From Geotalea uraniireducens Rf4 (lineage in GTDB: Bacteria > Desulfobacterota > Desulfuromonadia > Geobacterales > Geobacteraceae): DNA of 32,000 bases. This document shows, in pieces, positions 30,750 through 32,000 of the stretch. The position numbers and the translations under genes are program-made. Positions within the stretch are counted from its first letter, which is position 1. The number at the start of each line of letters is the position of its first letter. The stretch covers positions 600,001 to 632,000 of the forward strand of contig NC_009483.1 of assembly GCF_000016745.1 (NCBI RefSeq), given 5' to 3'. Below the pieces are notes generated by a model. It ran no database searches. It had not been told where the DNA came from and was given only the letters and a program-made list of their open reading frames with translations.

Positions 30750-31724
30750 TCACTGTTCTTCCACCAACTTCCAGCGCAGGTCCGGGTTGTACGACTTCAT
30801 CCTGCGGGCGATCTCGGCGGTTTTCGGCCCCAGGTTTTTCTGGTAGACCCGGCCCCGCTGGCTGACGATGAAGGTCATTACCCCCGACACCCCCCATCGT
30901 GCCGGGTAGGCGACCAGCGCATGGCCCGCCACCATATTGCCGTTGATGACGTAGCTGAACCTGCCACCGGGGGCGCTCGGCCCCTGCCGCTTGAGGATAC
31001 GGAAATAGTAGCCGTGGAATGGGCGGGGGCCGCTCTCGCCCGGATTGCGCTTCTGCATGTACCCCTGTTCCCTCGCCCTGGCGACCAGCGGGCCGAGCGG
31101 GCTCTCCTTCTCGCCGGCTGCCGTCGGCCAGTAGAGGCCGTCCCGTTTCCCCGCTCTGCTGATCATGTGCTGGGCGTACTTGGGTACCTGGACGCCGTCC
31201 GGCTCCGGCATGGTGTAGTATTCCCGCTGCGCTTCCACGTATGCACGGCAGGCATTGATGGCGAGCAGCTCGTTGCGGCCGATGCGCCGGGTGAGGATCT
31301 CCTCGCGCCCTGCCTCGGTGTCGAACCGCCAGGTGACCCCTTTTTTGACGATCGGCACGGGAAAGGGCCATTTATTGCCGCCGATGTGGAGGGCCGCCTT
31401 TGCTTCCCCTTCCTTGACCAGCTCGACACCTTCCTGCACATGGCGGGCAAAATGGTCGAATTCGGCAGCCTGTTCCACAGGGTCGCCCGGCCCAAGCTCA
31501 CGGGAAACCGGGCCAAAAATCGCTCTCAGGGCGGCATGGTCCTTTGCCTGGACCGCAGTGATCAGGGCCTGGCGGGCCTCCTCGGCCGAGTTGAACACCC
31601 GTTGCGTTGGTTCGGACTGAATGGCAAAGCTGCCGGACGGGATTGTCGCCATTACCAGCATTATGGCTGCCATCAGGCATAAACCCGTGCCATGCCCCAC
31701 AATTCTACCTATATTTTTCATCAT
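30750..31724 (-). CDS. DUF2950-family secreted protein
   Basis: Signal peptide MMKNIGRIVGHGTGLCLMAAIMLVMATIPSGSFA. Strongly DUF2950-like blocks: WPFPVPIVKKGVTWRFDTEAGREEILTRRIGRNELLAINACRAYVEAQREYY, GKRDGLYWP, PFHGYYFRILKRQGPSAPGG, VAYPARWGVSGVMTFIVSQRGRVYQKNLGP. GAAAGGAA precedes ATG 31724. Confidence 0.8.
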   Translation of the reverse strand: MMKNIGRIVGHGTGLCLMAAIMLVMATIPSGSFAIQSEPTQRVFNSAEEARQALITAVQAKDHAALRAIFGPVSRELGPGDPVEQAAEFDHFARHVQEGVELVKEGEAKAALHIGGNKWPFPVPIVKKGVTWRFDTEAGREEILTRRIGRNELLAINACRAYVEAQREYYTMPEPDGVQVPKYAQHMISRAGKRDGLYWPTAAGEKESPLGPLVARAREQGYMQKRNPGESGPRPFHGYYFRILKRQGPSAPGGRFSYVINGNMVAGHALVAYPARWGVSGVMTFIVSQRGRVYQKNLGPKTAEIARRMKSYNPDLRWKLVEEQ

Positions 31725-31810
31725 ACCTGAGTTCCTTTCTCGATCAAGGGGGCACACCGGACGTGCCGCCGTTGAAGAGCCTAGCGCCATGTAACACTTA
31801 TTTTTGCGGA

Positions 31811-31890
31811 TAACCCCTCTAAATCTCCCCTTATCTAAGGGGAGACTTCAAGGCTTCCCCCCTTAGGTAAGGGGGGACTGAGGGGGGTTA
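31811..31890. repeat. REP-like nested palindrome (two perfect 10-bp hairpins inside an outer stem)
   Basis: TCTCCCCTTA-tc-TAAGGGGAGA (31824-31845), TCCCCCCTTA-gg-TAAGGGGGGA (31856-31877) and outer arms TAACCCCTC / GAGGGGGGTTA. Confidence 0.5.
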
Positions 31891-32000
31891 GATTCAGATG
31901 TTACAGTGTACTAGGAGCCTGTCGGACTTAGGAATGAATCTACTGCGAGAAGGAAAATCGGTCCATATTTCCGGAAATTTTCGACAAATAGGTCCACTAT

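Noticed and set aside
1-32000. Looked for mobile elements, prophage genes, defence systems, rRNA/tRNA and CRISPR.
   Set aside because: No transposase, integrase, recombinase, phage structural, restriction/Cas-like or nuclease-NTPase type ORFs were recognisable. No tRNA-like cloverleaf or rRNA stretch was noticed by eye. The repeats found are short non-coding palindromes.

Overview
GC-rich chromosomal segment that looks like a Geobacter/Desulfuromonadales genome. The taxon is an inference from content: a CxxxxCH...CxxCH multihaem protein, System II cytochrome c maturation genes, a sigma-54 promoter, GEMM-I-type leaders and many REP-like palindromes. Gene order, left to right: (1) tail of an unknown CDS; (2) a sigma-54-driven LuxE/PaaK-like adenylating enzyme, a small membrane protein and a B12-binding radical SAM enzyme; (3) an AT-richer stretch with an orphan membrane-anchored protein and a start-less TPR relic; (4) a Pal/OmpA-like lipoprotein; (5) a multihaem CxxxxCH/CxxCH protein that appears 5'-truncated, followed by ccsB-ccsA; (6) a DUF362/4Fe-4S protein; (7) a protein with two degenerate receiver domains; (8) a four-gene efflux operon (OMF, MFP, RND, plus a translationally coupled secreted repeat protein); (9) an IclR regulator, with three copies of a TTTCGC-N3-GCGAAA palindrome in and next to its divergent intergenic region; (10) a 58-aa RHH protein, which is below the ORF-track cutoff, and an IclR-type HTH-only protein; (11) on the minus strand, a unit of two tandem GEMM-I-like riboswitches, a monohaem cytochrome c on a long KE-rich/(Pro-Ala)n tether, and a TolC-family channel fused to SPOR domains; (12) YihY, a nucleoside phosphorylase, an amidohydrolase-fold lipoprotein, a small lipoprotein and a DUF2950 protein. 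I saw no rRNA, tRNA, CRISPR array, transposase or integrase. The best candidate for something new is the riboswitch-gated tethered cytochrome plus peptidoglycan-anchored TolC module and its neighbouring regulators. Several dispersed repeat families and structured intergenic elements also deserve a look. All calls come from reading the sequence and the ORF track; no searches were run.
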